A stretch of DNA of 63,608 nucleotides, counting the filler, from Reclinomonas americana ATCC 50394 (lineage: Eukaryota), in NCBI GenBank assembly GCA_048213135.1. It is 6 parts of 2 records of this genome, joined end to end, with 100 filler letters (N's around TTAATTAATTAA, not from the genome) between each part and the next. Parts side by side here need not be neighbours in the genome. Positions count along the whole stretch, not along the records: positions 1 to 10,525 come from PS015030.1; positions 10,626 to 22,408 come from PS015030.1; 4 more parts are not named here. One strand, 5' to 3'. The first letter of the stretch is position 1. Each line of letters begins with the position of its first letter. The position numbers and the translations under genes were made by a program. The notes under the pieces are model-generated. The model made no database searches and was not told where the DNA came from. It worked only from the letters and a program-made list of their open reading frames with translations. This document shows positions 1 to 12,700 of this stretch, in pieces.

Positions 1-2
1 AA

Positions 3-1897
3 ATGGCCGGCCACTTTGACACCAAGATGAAGGAGCTGGCCGTGTTGCGTCTCACTGCCTGCACACTCGTTGTGTTGTTTTTGCGTGACGCCCTCACTCA
101 CAATCGACGGCAACAGATCACGATCGTCACTTCCGCTGCGAGTGAGTGAGGATCCGCGAGTCGTTCCCGTGGAGGAGCTGGCGAAGCAGAGGAAAGCCAA
201 GGTGGCGCTGGAGGACCGATATCGACAGCTGTTGCGTCGTCGGCCACCTTCGCCTTTCCTTCCGCTTCGCTGCTCATTCTGAATTTCTTCGGCGACCACA
301 GAAAGGAGGAGAAGCGACTGGTGGAACAGCGCCTGCTGCTGCTGGAGGAGGACGTGCTGACGTTCAACAGTCAGCATGTGAGCGTGCGTGAGGAGTGCGA
401 GCGGGCACGGTTGCACGCGCAGCACTTGGAGGAGCACCTGCGCAACATGCGCATTGCGCGTGACTCCGCGCAGGCCGAAGTGCAGGCCATGGTGGTGCAG
501 TACGATCGTGAGAAGGAGCAGTGGGAGCGTGAACTCACCGCCACGCGGTACGAGCTGGAGTCGAAGCGGCGTGCGTTCGAGTTCCTGTCGGAGCAGTCCA
601 GGCAGGATGCGCAGGCGCGTGAGCAGTTGCACCTGCACACGCAGGATCAACTGGCGCAGGCGCTGGCCAAGGTGCGAAAAGGGGTCAATGGACAGCTTGC
701 GGTGACTTGGTCTCACGAGTGTGTGTGCAGTCGGACAATGCCGAGCACTTCCGCATCGCGACAGAGACAGCAGAGGAGGTCAAGCGACGCCTGTTGATGC
801 TGACACACACGGCCACGCTTGACGAGGCGTTTGAGGCGGTGCGCACGGCCGCCGAGAAGAAGGCCGAGGCTGAGCACAGGTTGCGAAGAGTGATTTGGTC
901 AAGCGTGTGTGTGCGCGTAGATATTCATCATGTTGCGGCAGACTGCATGCGGTCGAGCTGGACCGCAACCAGCTGAAAGATCGTGTCACCATGTTGGAGA
1001 AGGAGGCAGCCGAACACCGCCTTGTGCGTGGTTCTCTCGACACGGCGGCGGCTGAGAAGGAGGAGGCACAACATGAAAGAGTTGCGCGGGGGCGGAGAAA
1101 AAGGAGAAGTGGGATAGGGTGGCTAATTTGCCTGCTGCAGATCCGGCAACTCAAGGCCAAGTTGCGCCGCCTGAAGAGCGAACGACAGGTGCAGGAAACT
1201 CGCTTTGTGCAACTCTCGAAGCTGTACACGGAGATCAAGTCCGGCATCTTCACCCTCTGCAATCGCCTCGATGTGCCGGTCGTCACCGACACGGCGGCGA
1301 CCGTCAACAGCTCCCTGGCGGCCTCGGTGCTCGACACCCGTTGCGTGCACACCGTTGCAGCTGTACTGCGCGTTCTGAATATCATCTCATATCGCCCGCT
1401 GTGCACAGAGGTGTTGGATTCGCTGGCCGCCCTCGAACATCGCGTCACCGATCTCGTCAAGAAGCGCGACAGCGGTCAGGACACCTCCATGTGGTCGCCC
1501 ACCAACGACAAGCGATCGGTGTCGTCGCATGTGAGTGGTCTGCGTGGTTCTCTGTCAAAGACAAGGACACTGGCCTCATCTTCTCCACCTTGCAGGGCCT
1601 TCATCCAGGCAACATTAGCAAGTTTCTCAATCAGTTGGTGGACGAGACGCTCAACGAGGCCGACACGCTGCAGCCGGTGCTCGATCGAGACGAGATCAAG
1701 CGCAACAGCGTGCTGCGCGTCTTGCGCATCGTTGCGTTTCCAGTGGAGATGATGTTTTGTGGCGTGTTGATGAACTCACTGCGAATCGGCAGGAGCGAGA
1801 GGAGGACACGGAGGGCCGTCGCAAGAAGCGCTCGGGAGAAAAGGCCACTCGAACAGCAGATGGTTCGGCATCTGCGGCGGCATCACCGCCAAAGTGA
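3..1897 (+). CDS. Multi-exon coiled-coil protein, possibly outer dynein arm docking complex (CCDC151/CCDC114)-like
   Basis: Nine exons join in frame through GT-AG introns (donors at 44, 231, 672, 880, 1081, 1340, 1531, 1731). The product is a long E/K/R-rich heptad sequence with KSGIFTLCNRL and a C-terminal VLDRDEIKRNS, stop TGA at 1895-1897. Family assignment is by resemblance only, and the 5' end may extend beyond the window. Confidence 0.6.
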
Positions 1898-1964
1898 GAG
1901 TGTGAAACGTGAGAAGAGCTGTGTTTTATGGGTTTGTGAAAGAATGTAATGTGAAACATGGGAG

Positions 1965-2045
1965 AGAAGGGGAAGAGAAGGGGGAAGACAAGGGAGAAGA
2001 GAAGGGGGAAGAGAAAGGGGAAGAGAAGGGGGAAGAGAAAGGGGA
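1965..2045. repeat. 12-bp purine minisatellite (GAAGAGAAGGGG)n
   Basis: About 6 tandem imperfect copies. Confidence 0.8.
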
Positions 2046-2468
2046 GCGAGTCGGGACGGCCGTAGGGGCAAAGCCGAGGCACATCTGCCGACATAAGAAA
2101 CACCAAAGAGCATCGTTTCTCTCATTCGCTCTCACAACCGCACGAGAAAGACGGAGAGGATGAGAGAGACAGAGAGAGTGTGTGAGAGAGAGAGAGAGCC
2201 GAAGAGTAAGAAGAGCACACAGTGGATTGAAATTCTCGCTCACAAAACGAAGAAGATGGAGAACGACAGTGGGAGGATGAGCGAATCCTATGATCGAGTT
2301 GCAATGGCAAACCACCTTTCCCTCCTTCTCCAAGTCATCCCCATCATAACAAAATGTCCACCCTTCACGCATAGATCTAATCCTCTCGGCACAGCTGGCC
2401 GAGGACAAAAAAACATTCGAAACCCACGCGCGGAAGAGGCAAAAATTGTGCTCATGGTCACGGCCCCG

Positions 2469-5400
2469 TCAATGGCGATGCTCATGGTTCCAGACGCAGT
2501 CAGCATCATTCATCTGCGCGTCGCAGTGAGAAGCGAGATCGGGAAAGCAGAAGCAGACCAGCAACCAAGCCCACTGATGTTGAAAACACCCTCGAACACA
2601 CCCTCAATCTCACTATAACGCCGCATCTGCCGCAGTTATTCGCTTACTCTCGCTCCCGAATACTGGCTCTCTGACTGACTTACACACGCTCTCTCTCTCT
2701 CTCACACACGCAAAGCACGATCTCTCGCTGTCACTCGTACCTCTCGTTGTCACTCGTACCTCTCGTTGTCATTCGCACCTCTCGTTGTCACTCGCACCTC
2801 TCACTCCCGCATGCTGCCTCACCAACTAACACACGCTTCTCTCAAACACTCAATCGCACTCTGCCCGGGTAGATAGGAGAATACGCTGCGAATGCTGCGC
2901 AATCTCCAATGCGAATTGCTCGATCATAGAACAAGCCCAGTAGCGCGCACAAGAGCACGCAAGTCTCTCTGTCAAAATATATCTCTCTCACACACACGCA
3001 CGCACACACACAGGGCTCACAGCTTGGCACATTCAACAACTCAATCGCTACCCCCACCCTCGCACACAGGATAACACACTATCAACACTGCACAATCTCC
3101 AGTACGAGTGATAAGTGCACGCACCCACACTTTCTCTGTCTTTCACGCACACACTTTTCCTCCTCTGCGCACACAGCGTACCGCTCACTAGCCTAACTAG
3201 GGCCTCACTCACTCCTCCAATATCTTTCCATCCCTTCCCTTCCAACCTCCCCGTCTCCCTTCTCTTCACACCCACCGTATTCTGCAATTCGTACTCCACC
3301 AACGTATCCAGCACAGGAATGGCGGCACGCGCCTCCAGCGACTTGATAATGTCGGGCTCAATCATCACATTCGAATTGCGTTGTGCGAGCACCATGACTG
3401 CACAAGGAACAAGCAAGTTAGATCACGACCCGGGCGTGCCATCTCTTGACACGGGTTGCACAACACACCTGCAGAGGCAACATCCAAGCGGCGATTGCAA
3501 CATCTGGCCAAGTGGAACCTGGCGGGAGGGGAACGCAGTTAGTCGCAGTAACCATGTACTCGCCCGACGCGGCAGTGACGACGAAACAGCTGGTAATTCT
3601 CCATCTCAAACGTCATTGTGTGCGGGAACTTGCGCAGAATCTCCTCGACGAGGTGAGAGTTTTGGTCGTCGAAGGTGGGACTGGAGCGGCCTGGGGAGTC
3701 GGTGAGTATGCGTGTTTGTTGAAGGGAGACCGCTGTCGTCACACTCACCTTGCGAGCAAAAGTACGAATCGGCAGACATGCAGCCGCCCTTGAAAACGTG
3801 GCCGGCGCCGAATGTAGCGTGCATCTTCTTGTAGTACTGTGTGGTGTGGGCGGCGTGAGAGAGAAGCGAGGAGAAACGGGGGAAGGAGGGGGATAGAGAG
3901 AAGGGAGAGAGATAAAGGGGAAGTGTGTGTGCGGAAGAGAGAGCACTTGTGCGTGCGGGAGCCGGAGAGTGAGAGAGAGAATCAGAGAGGGAGACAGAGG
4001 GAGAGGCAACGGGGAGCACAAGAGAAAAAAGGAAAGCGGTGGGACATAAAGCCTCAGTGAATGAGAGAGCATGAGATGCAACGAGTTAACAAGAAAATGT
4101 GAGTGTGAGCGAGAGACAGGCACAGTGATCGAAGTGAGAGCACAAATGAGTGAGCTGTGCGACAGAACTGTGAAGGAGAGCAAATTAGAGAGTGCATGTG
4201 AAGAGAGCAATACACAAAGAGAGAGATGAACATGAACAAAGAGAGAATGAGCACGTGTGAGTGAGTGAGAGAGCGAGAGAGCGAGAGAGCGAGAGAGAGA
4301 GAGAGAGAGAGTGAGAGAAAGGGAGAGAGAGAGGTAATGGCGAGTACAAGAAGAAAAAGGAAGGACAGCGGTGGGAGATAAAACCAGAGCGAGTGAGACA
4401 GAAAGAGACGCAAAGAGCTAACAAGAGAATGTGTGTGTGCGTGTGTCTGTGTGTGAGAGAAAGATAGAAAGGGCGAGCTAGACAGGCACATAGTCCGAGG
4501 TGAGAAGACAGACGATTGACGTGAGACGGAACTGTGAAGGAGATCGTGGAAAGAGAGCGACGCGCCAAGAGAGAACGACCATGTGTGAGTGAGAAAGATG
4601 AGCAACGCAACAATCTCAGTAAGCTTGCTTGTTGGCTGGACAGGTGCGTGGAAAATGTAGGGATTCGGGTGCGCAGCGGGGTCGGCCCAGTGGTCGTAAT
4701 TGCGGACGCACTGGCGGCATTCGTCGGTGACCACCATGGCTCCCACGCCGGCGTCGGGTGAGATGGAGCCGCAGGTGCCGAACCGAATAATGGCCGTATC
4801 ACCGTCCACGATGCGCATGGTCTCGCGGACCATCATGTCCATCATGGGGTAGCCCATGCCCGTGCCGATGATGGAGATGGGGACCTGCAGAAGAGGAATA
4901 AGAAAAAAGAAGGGTGGGAGACAATGCGAGAGAGAGAAGGGCGGTACACGAGAGAAGGTGGGCTGAAAAGACAGCCAAGGAGCACAGAGAGAGAGAGAGA
5001 GAGAGCAACCAGATGCAAGGGAACGAAGCCGGGACAAACCATCTGTCTCTGAAGCATAATGCAGCCACAAGTCACGAATGACAGGAGAGAGAAACCATTG
5101 AATGAAGTTTGCTCTCTCTTTCTCTCTCCAAATGGTCACGTCATGCAGCTCCAACAGCAGCAACACAAGAACTTGAATCACAGCGGCAGAAGCACGATCT
5201 CTCCACTTGCTGTCCTCACTCATTCTGACTCCATGGAAGCATCATGCACGAGGGAGATGAACCAGCGACAGAATGCAGCATGCAGATAGGACAATCTTCC
5301 TCAATTCTCGGAGACATCATGCAGACGCAACAACGACAACACAGAAGATGAATTACTATGGCATGCTCTCTCTCTCTCTCTCAGCGTGCGCGTGAATCAC

Positions 5401-6048
5401 AGTGGCTTAGCACAGCGAACAGAAAGCGGCCTCGAAAGCATCAAGTAGACTCAACAACATCAACACGGAAGATGAATTACTATGGCATGCTCTCTCTCTC
5501 TCTCAGCGTGCGCGTGAATCACAGTGGCTTAGCACAGCGAACAGAAAGCGGCCTCGAAAGCATCAAGTAGACTCAACAACATCAACACGGAAGACGAAAC
5601 ATTGTGGCATACTCTCTCGGCGAACAGAACGACGCCTGTCTCACTCAATTCTCGGAGGCATCATGCAGACTCAACAACGACAACACAGAAGATGAATCAC
5701 TGTGGCATGCTCTCTCTCTCTCTCTCTCTCTCGCAGAGCACGCATGAATCACACAGTCATAATACGGCGAACAGAGTGACCTATCACCCTCAATCTTTGC
5801 AAGCACCACATTCGATGAATCACTGTGGCATCGCAGTCTCCCCCTGTCCTTTCCCCTACGCATGATGCCACGCAACTCCCTTGTACAACCCCGTGTGCAC
5901 CGAAAATCCACGCGACGACACCACCGAGTACACATTGGTAAGGTTTTGCGCAAACAGCGCCGCTCGTGCAAGCGATCCCACCGTCACAATTCGATTCGCA
6001 ACTGCATCTCAACTCGTCAGTCTTTCATCAGTGTGAGGGAGAGAGTGG

Positions 6049-6086
<38 letters not shown>

Positions 6087-6495
6087 CAAGAGTGTGCTTG
6101 TAAGCGTGAGTGACAGACAAGTCAATGACAGAGAATGCAAATGAGTGAGAGTGAACGAGTGGGCGAGAGAAGCCCGTATGAAGTGAGGTAGGCGATGACT
6201 ATGTGCGCCTTAAGTCGATTAGGCGACGACTTAGGCGCATTGTGCGTCAGTGCAGTGAGCGAGAGGCAGACGAAGGCGAGTGAGTGAGTGAGTGAGTCAG
6301 TGAGTGGGCGAGTGAGTGAGTGAGTGAGTGTGTGCGTGCAGTGAGTGAGTGAGTGTGAGAGGGGGCGAAACTCTCTCCGCGCTTGGCGCCCATGTGAAAT
6401 GTCCGCCCCTCCTCGTCCACGGGAAAGTCGGCGTTGCCGAAATGGTGTGCCTTGTGCGGCTGTGTTGGCGCATCGCTGACAACAGTCGTCGACAT
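2469..6495 (-). CDS. Uridine phosphorylase (PNP/UDP family), 8 exons
   Basis: Spliced product reads MSTTVV...FPVDEEGRTFHMGAKRGE-IANRIVTVGS...SSRGFSVHTGLYKG-VPISIIGTGMGYPMMDMMVRE...IIRFGTCGS...SADSYFCSQGR...FEMENYQLFHLA...MVLAQRNSN...YELQNT-MNDADCVWNHEHRH*. These motifs match eukaryotic uridine phosphorylases. Confidence 0.92.
2720..2802. repeat. 19-bp tandem repeat (CTCTCGTTGTCACTCGTAC) in the last uridine phosphorylase intron
   Basis: About 4 near-identical copies. Confidence 0.8.
5225..5835. repeat. ~120-bp degenerate intronic minisatellite
   Basis: Recurrent CATCATGCAGACTCAACAAC...GAAGATGAATCACTGTGGCATGCTCTCTC, about 5 copies, two of them (~5340-5580) nearly identical. Confidence 0.8.
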
Positions 6496-6744
6496 GTTGG
6501 CGATTCGCTCTATCAATCAGAAAGAGAGTCAACAGAGCAATGTCCCGCGACGTTCATGTTGAAATGCACCTTTTGCATTCGTTACGCAGCGTCGCCTGTG
6601 TAAGCCTTTCTGCTTGTCTTGGTATGCTACATTCAGCGGCAATGCTGCCCTTCCATAATTGACGTCGGATGAGTTTGTATATCTGGCGCCAATTTCGACC
6701 GTTTCCGTTGTCCACTCCGCACACACGCACTCGCCGCCGCCACC
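6496..6744. promoter_or_regulatory. Short divergent intergenic region (probable bidirectional promoter) with a TGGCGCCAA motif
   Basis: Head-to-head ATGs at 6495 (-) and 6745 (+). The block GGATGAGTTT..TGGCGCCAATTTCGACCGTTTCCGTTGTCCACT is conserved upstream of the paralogue at ~15075-15120. Confidence 0.55.
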
Positions 6745-9700
6745 ATGCGCGTCCCTCTCAGCGTCTTGCTTGTCATCCTCCTGGCACTCGCCATCACCGC
6801 AAGTTGAGCGTGGTTGTTTTGTATGATCTGTGAAAACTGGTGTGCATCTCCACTCACTGGCCACGCTCTCCCTTTCCGTTTCAGCAGACGCCCAGACAGT
6901 GACCACCGCCGGCGCCAACAACATCGCTGGCACGTCGGCCACTCTCAATGCATGGGTCAATCCCAACAGCGTTGCTGGAGGCACCACCAACTCCTACGAG
7001 TGGTCTCCATACTCTGCCGCCATTGGTGTCTCCTCCGCCACTGTCTCCACATTTGCGGGCACCACTGGCACCTCGGGGACGACGGATGGCGTTGGCGCAA
7101 GTGCATTGTTCAACGGGCCCTTGGTTTGTACGCGTTGTTGGTGCCCCTTCCATGTACTTTTGCTGACACAGTGAGTGTGCGCTCTCTCTCTCTCTCTCTC
7201 TCTCTNNNNNNNNNNNNNNNNNNNNTCTCCAGGGACTCGCCTTTGACGCCGCAGGCAATCTGTACGTGAGCGATTACCAGTTTCGTTGTCTGTCGATTGT
7301 TACTTCGTCGCTCCATACGTACTCTCGGCTCACGCACGCTGATGATGATGATGGCAGCAACTGTCGCATTCGACGCATCACACCTGCAGCCACAGTGACA
7401 ACCTTTGCCGGAGGCACATGCGGCTTTGTGGATGGTACAGGAGTGGCAGCTCAGTTTGCACAGTGCGTTCATGTGCTCGAGATATATATTGATGTTGCTG
7501 TATATGCGCAATTGCACGAGCGATCGACGGCAACGTCGGTGCTGTCGGTGCTGCGAGTGCTGGTGCCCCGACTGCACAGCTCGGCATCCCCTTCGACCTT
7601 GCACTTCGGAAAACTGTCATGACCTGTCGACATGTCCCATTCGAGCTCCCTCTCTCTCTTCGTCTCTCTTGCCTCTCTCGCTCTCTCCCTTCGCTCACTC
7701 ACTCACCCACTCGCAGTGTTTATGGTCTCGCCATTGACCAAACCACTGGCACCATCTATGTCGCCGATGTGAGTGTGTGGTGGCAGCATGATCACACATC
7801 TTGATTCATTCTGCTGACTCTAACTCTGTGTGTATGCATCTCTCTCACGCAGGTGGCAAACAACGCTGTGCGAGCTGTCACCGCAGCAGCCGTGGTCACC
7901 ACACTGGCGGGAAACGGAGCGCAGGGGAGTGCTGATGCCTCGGGCGCAGCAGCCTCCTTCAATCAGCCTGCGGCAGTGGCGGTGGATGCCACGAATCAAG
8001 TGGTGTATGTCGCCGACTGGCTCAACAACACCATTCGGCGAGTGACCTATGCCGGTGCGGTGACGACCTTTTGTGGCTCGACTGGCATGATGGGCACTGC
8101 CGATGGAGCGTGTGCGGGAGCGGCGCGATTCGGTTATCCCAATGGCGTGCTGCTCGTCGGATCCACGCTGTATGTTGGTGAGCGCTGAGTGGGGCACCTG
8201 GATGACATTCCTCCCGTCCTCATCTGTGCCTTCTGCTTGATGCGTGAGTGCAGCCGACCGTGCGAACAACTCCATTCGAGCCATCGACACGGTGGCGATG
8301 ACGGTGACGACGGTGGCGGGTTCGACGGGCGGCGTCTCTGGATCCACGGATGCCGTCGGTGAGTTCAGCCCTTGTGTTTTCGTCTGCGTGTGTTCTGACC
8401 AATTGCCACGTGCACCAGGAACGGCTGCCCGCTTCAACTTGCCGATGGGAATGGCATACGACGCAGGAAACAACGTCATCTATGTTGCCGAAGTTCAGTA
8501 TCTCATCCACATTCCTAGCGTCTCGTTTTTTTTTATTCTGATTGTCTTTTGCCTCTCGCAGGTTACTAACGGCACCATTCGGCAACTCCGACTGTCAGAC
8601 TCGTCAGTGAGCACGGTTGCCGGCGCGGCGGGCATGGGTGGATCAGCCAACGGCAGCGCTCTGACCGTCGCGCGCTTCAGTTGGCCCCACTTCGTCGCAT
8701 TCGATACATCCACGGCATCGTTGCTGGTTGCCGATCACAACAATCAAATCATCCGTCGCCTCTCGCTGGCATCCCAGTTGGTGTCAGCCACTCCCGCCAC
8801 CTCCACCGGCTCCCTGGCCGCGTCCATCACCGCTTCACTGACTGGATTGGTGAGCAACTGGACGTACTACTATCGCGCCGTCGGTGTAACCTCCACACCC
8901 AGCACCATCAACGGCGCCACCGTGTCGTTCACCACCACCACCAATGTGGCTCCGACCAACATTAGTTGCTCGTCGACGACGTATGTGTCGCCGTCGGTGG
9001 CCAATCAAGTCGTGTGTGCGCTGCAGACGACGGACGTGAACGCGGGCCAGTCGTTCACGTACTCGATTGTCGGCGGCGCCAACAGCGCGGTGTTTTCGAT
9101 CAGCGGACAGTCGCTGGTGATTGTGGCGGCGGGGCAGACGGGCAGCTCGCTGGCGGTGACGGTTCGATCGACAGACAATGGATCGCCACCGTTGTTCTTC
9201 GACAAGGCGTTCATCATCACCACGGGTGAGGCAACGTGGTGCTGCATGGTCTTCCTTACTCTTGTGTTTTTCTCCTGATCTTGTTGCTATCTTTGTTCTT
9301 GCTCTTGTTCTTCTTCTCCTCCTCTTCATCCCTCTCCTTCTTCAACTTCTTCTTGTACTATCCCTCGTCCGCAGTCGCTGCCTCCTCCTCCATCAGCTTC
9401 TTGTTCTTGTTCTTCTTCTTCTACTTCTTCTTCTTCTTCTTCTTCTTCTTGATCTTCTTGTTCTTGTTCTTGTTCTTCTTCTCCTTCTTCTTCTTGTTCT
9501 TCCTCTTCTCCTCCTCCTCCTCCTCCACCACCACCACCAAGTCCCCATCCCCGATTCGTGCTAATGATCTCTTTCTTCTTCTTCGATGTGTCACAGCCAC
9601 CCAATCGCTGGCCACCCTGGCCGCCAGCAGTGTGGCAACATCGTCGGCGACATTGAATGCAGTAGTGGGCAACTCTGTGGCAGCCTCGACAATGACCAAC

Positions 9701-12700
9701 TCATTCGAGTGGGCGCCGTCGTCAGCTGCATTTGGTATCACGCCAGTCGTGTCGACGTGGGTGGGCACGGCGGGTATGTCTGGGTCGACTGATGGCACGG
9801 GAGCAGCTGCTCGTTTCAACCAACCGACGGTTCGTCTTCTGCTGCGCTCAGTATGCTTGCGCTTCAGCTTCGTATCTCATGCAGACTCGTCACCTGTGCA
9901 GGGCATTGCCTTTGATGCGTCGGGTACTGCATACGTGTGCGAAATGCTCAATCACACAGTTCGGCGAGTGACGAGTGGCGGTGTGGTTACGACGTTTCTG
10001 GGAACTGCTGGAATGGCGGGCTTTGTTGATGGAGTCGGTGCTGCCGCGCGTCTCACCGTCCCCACCGATGTCTCTATCGACCTGACCACCGGGTATCTGT
10101 ACATTGATGATGTTGCGCTGCACTTTGCTGTTGATCGAAAGAGTTACCTGTGCCAGCGCTTGGCTTCTTACTTTCACCACCATTAGCAAGGAAACCACTC
10201 AATCCGCGTGAGCACCGCTTCCGGCTCTGTGTCAACGCTGGCTGGCAACGGGACCTCCGGCACGGCGAATGGCACCGGATCGACCGCGAGGTTTTTCAAT
10301 CCACACGGCATTGTGGTGGATTCGTCCAACAAAGCAGTGTACGTTGGTGACTGGAACAACAATGTCGTCAGGAAGGTGTGTTTGCGAACTCCGTGCCTGC
10401 TTTACTCGTACGATGCACGTACCTGATCACGCTTGCAGGTCACCTATGGTGGCGAGACGACCACCTACTGCGGTACGATGGGGTCGTCGGGTACCGTTGA
10501 TGGAGCATGCGCATCGACAGCACGGNNNNNNNNNNNNNNNNNNNNNNNNNNNNNNNNNNNNNNNNNNNNTTAATTAATTAANNNNNNNNNNNNNNNNNNN
10601 NNNNNNNNNNNNNNNNNNNNNNNNNAATGACTGCATCGACTCTTGCGGGTTCTATGACCGGGATTGCAGGGGCGACGGATGCCACGGGTACAGCGGCTCG
10701 ATTCAACATACCAATTGGCGTCCAGGTGGATCGAGGTCGTGGCGTTGTGTACGTTGCCGATGTTGCGTATTGCTCGTAGCTATCGTGCTTGTACATTCTT
10801 CTTCATTTCTTCTCACATTTCGCGACTGCCGCGTACCGCTTACAGCTAGGCAACTCTGCCGTGCGCCAAATCGTTATCAGCACGGGTGCCGTCACAACCA
10901 TTGCCGGTGCTGCAGGAGTGGGCGGAACAGCGGATGGCAGCCCACTCGCCACTGCTCGTTTCAACAATCTGGTAAGTCAGTCCCTTTGCATGTGGTGCAT
11001 GAAAGTGAACGCTCACTTTGTGAGAGTCCAGATTTTCATGGCATACGATGCCGCGTCGTCCACGCTGACCATCGTAGGTGCGAGGTTGTTGGCAGATTGT
11101 ACGATAGCTATGCTTATGTATCTTAGCATTCTTTTCTCAGATTGGGGAAACCATGCTATCCGCCGACTCACCATTGGCTCCACCACCGTCGCGGCCACAC
11201 CGGCCACTTCCAGCGTCGCCGCCAGCACGGCTCTCACCGCGTCGCTGACGTCGCTCACCGCCAACTGGACGTACTACTTCCGTGCCATCTCCACATCCAC
11301 CGTGCCCAGCACCCTCACTGGCTCCACGATGTCCTTCACGACCTCCAACTCCGTGCCGAGCGACATTGTGTGCTCTGCCACCTATGTCGCGCCGTCGACG
11401 GCCAACATGTCTGTGTGCACGATGAGCACGAGCGACAGCAACGGGAGCCAGTCGTACACGTACATTATCACTGGAGGCGCGAACAGCAGCGTCTTCTCCT
11501 TGGGCGGAGGAGGCGCGCAGCTGCAAATCACCTCGGCGGGACAGTCGGGCAGCCCACTGGCTGTCACAATCCGCTCGTTTGACAATGGCACGCCTCCCAT
11601 GTTTGTCGACAAGACATTCAGTGTGACGTCGGGTGAGTGGATGGTTGAATGTTTATCATGATGGCGCGAATGCTAACCATGCCATCCCGCAGTGAACAAT
11701 GCACCGACGGCGGTGGCATTGAGTGCAAGCACGTACATTCCGCCCAGCACGGCGGGACTGGCGATCGGCACGATGAGCACGAGTGATGTGGACTCGCAGC
11801 AGTCGTTCACGTATTCGGTGGTGGGTGGTGCCAGCAGCGCATTGGTGACGATTGTGTCTGGAAATCAGTTGCAGTTTGCAAGTGCTGGTGTAGCGGCGTC
11901 GCTGGTGGTGATTGTGCGCACGACCGACAATGGCAATCCCGCCATGTCATTCGATCAGACCCTCAACATTGCTGGTTTCGTGCAATTCTGATTGTGTGTG
12001 TTGTTGTGATGAACGATTGTGCTGATTTGCCTTGCATGCAGCACCCACTGTGACATCGCTGTCGGCCACCTTCGTGTCGGCACTGGCTGGCCAGTTGATT
12101 ACACTGACGGGCACTGGGCTGCTAAACAACTCGGCCGATGCGTCGGCATACGTGTTGGGCACTCCACTTTGTGGCGCGTCGACACCGCCGACAGCCGTGG
12201 CCAGCACCACCGTCAGCAGCACATTCGGCAGTGCGACCAGCATCACGCTGACGATTGGGGCGGCGGGTGCAGCTGTGGGCACGTACGAGCTGTGCACACG
12301 ATGGACGCCTGCCAAGGGATATGTGGCCGTGACTGCATTCGCGATTGGTGAGGAATGAGAAAAACGCAGCGAGGGCTCAGCTGGTGTTCTTGTGTCAAAA
12401 TCAGCTAATCGTAGTTCTCCGTAGGGACTGTTGGTCCGAGCGACATTCTGCTGTCGGGTGCACAGACGTACTCTAGTGCGACGGTGCCATTCACCGTGGG
12501 CACACTGAGCATGGTGGATCTCAACACGGGACAAACGCCGACATTCAGCATCGTGGGTGGCTTGCACTCGGCCCTGTTCAGTCTGGTGGGCGGCAATCAA
12601 CTGACGATCTCGGTGGCGCCACCGCTGAATCGGCGACTGCAAGTGTTTGTGCAAGTGAGCGATGGGGTGCTGACGTACACCAAGCAGTTCGCGATTGTGT

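Noticed and set aside
9178-9604. Poly-L/F/E/K ORFs, and the many SLSL/RERE/HTHT ORFs elsewhere
   Set aside because: They are translations of intronic microsatellites.
10570-10581. TTAATTAATTAA as a biological motif or target site
   Set aside because: It always sits in the middle of N runs and has stops in all six frames, so it is an assembly spacer.
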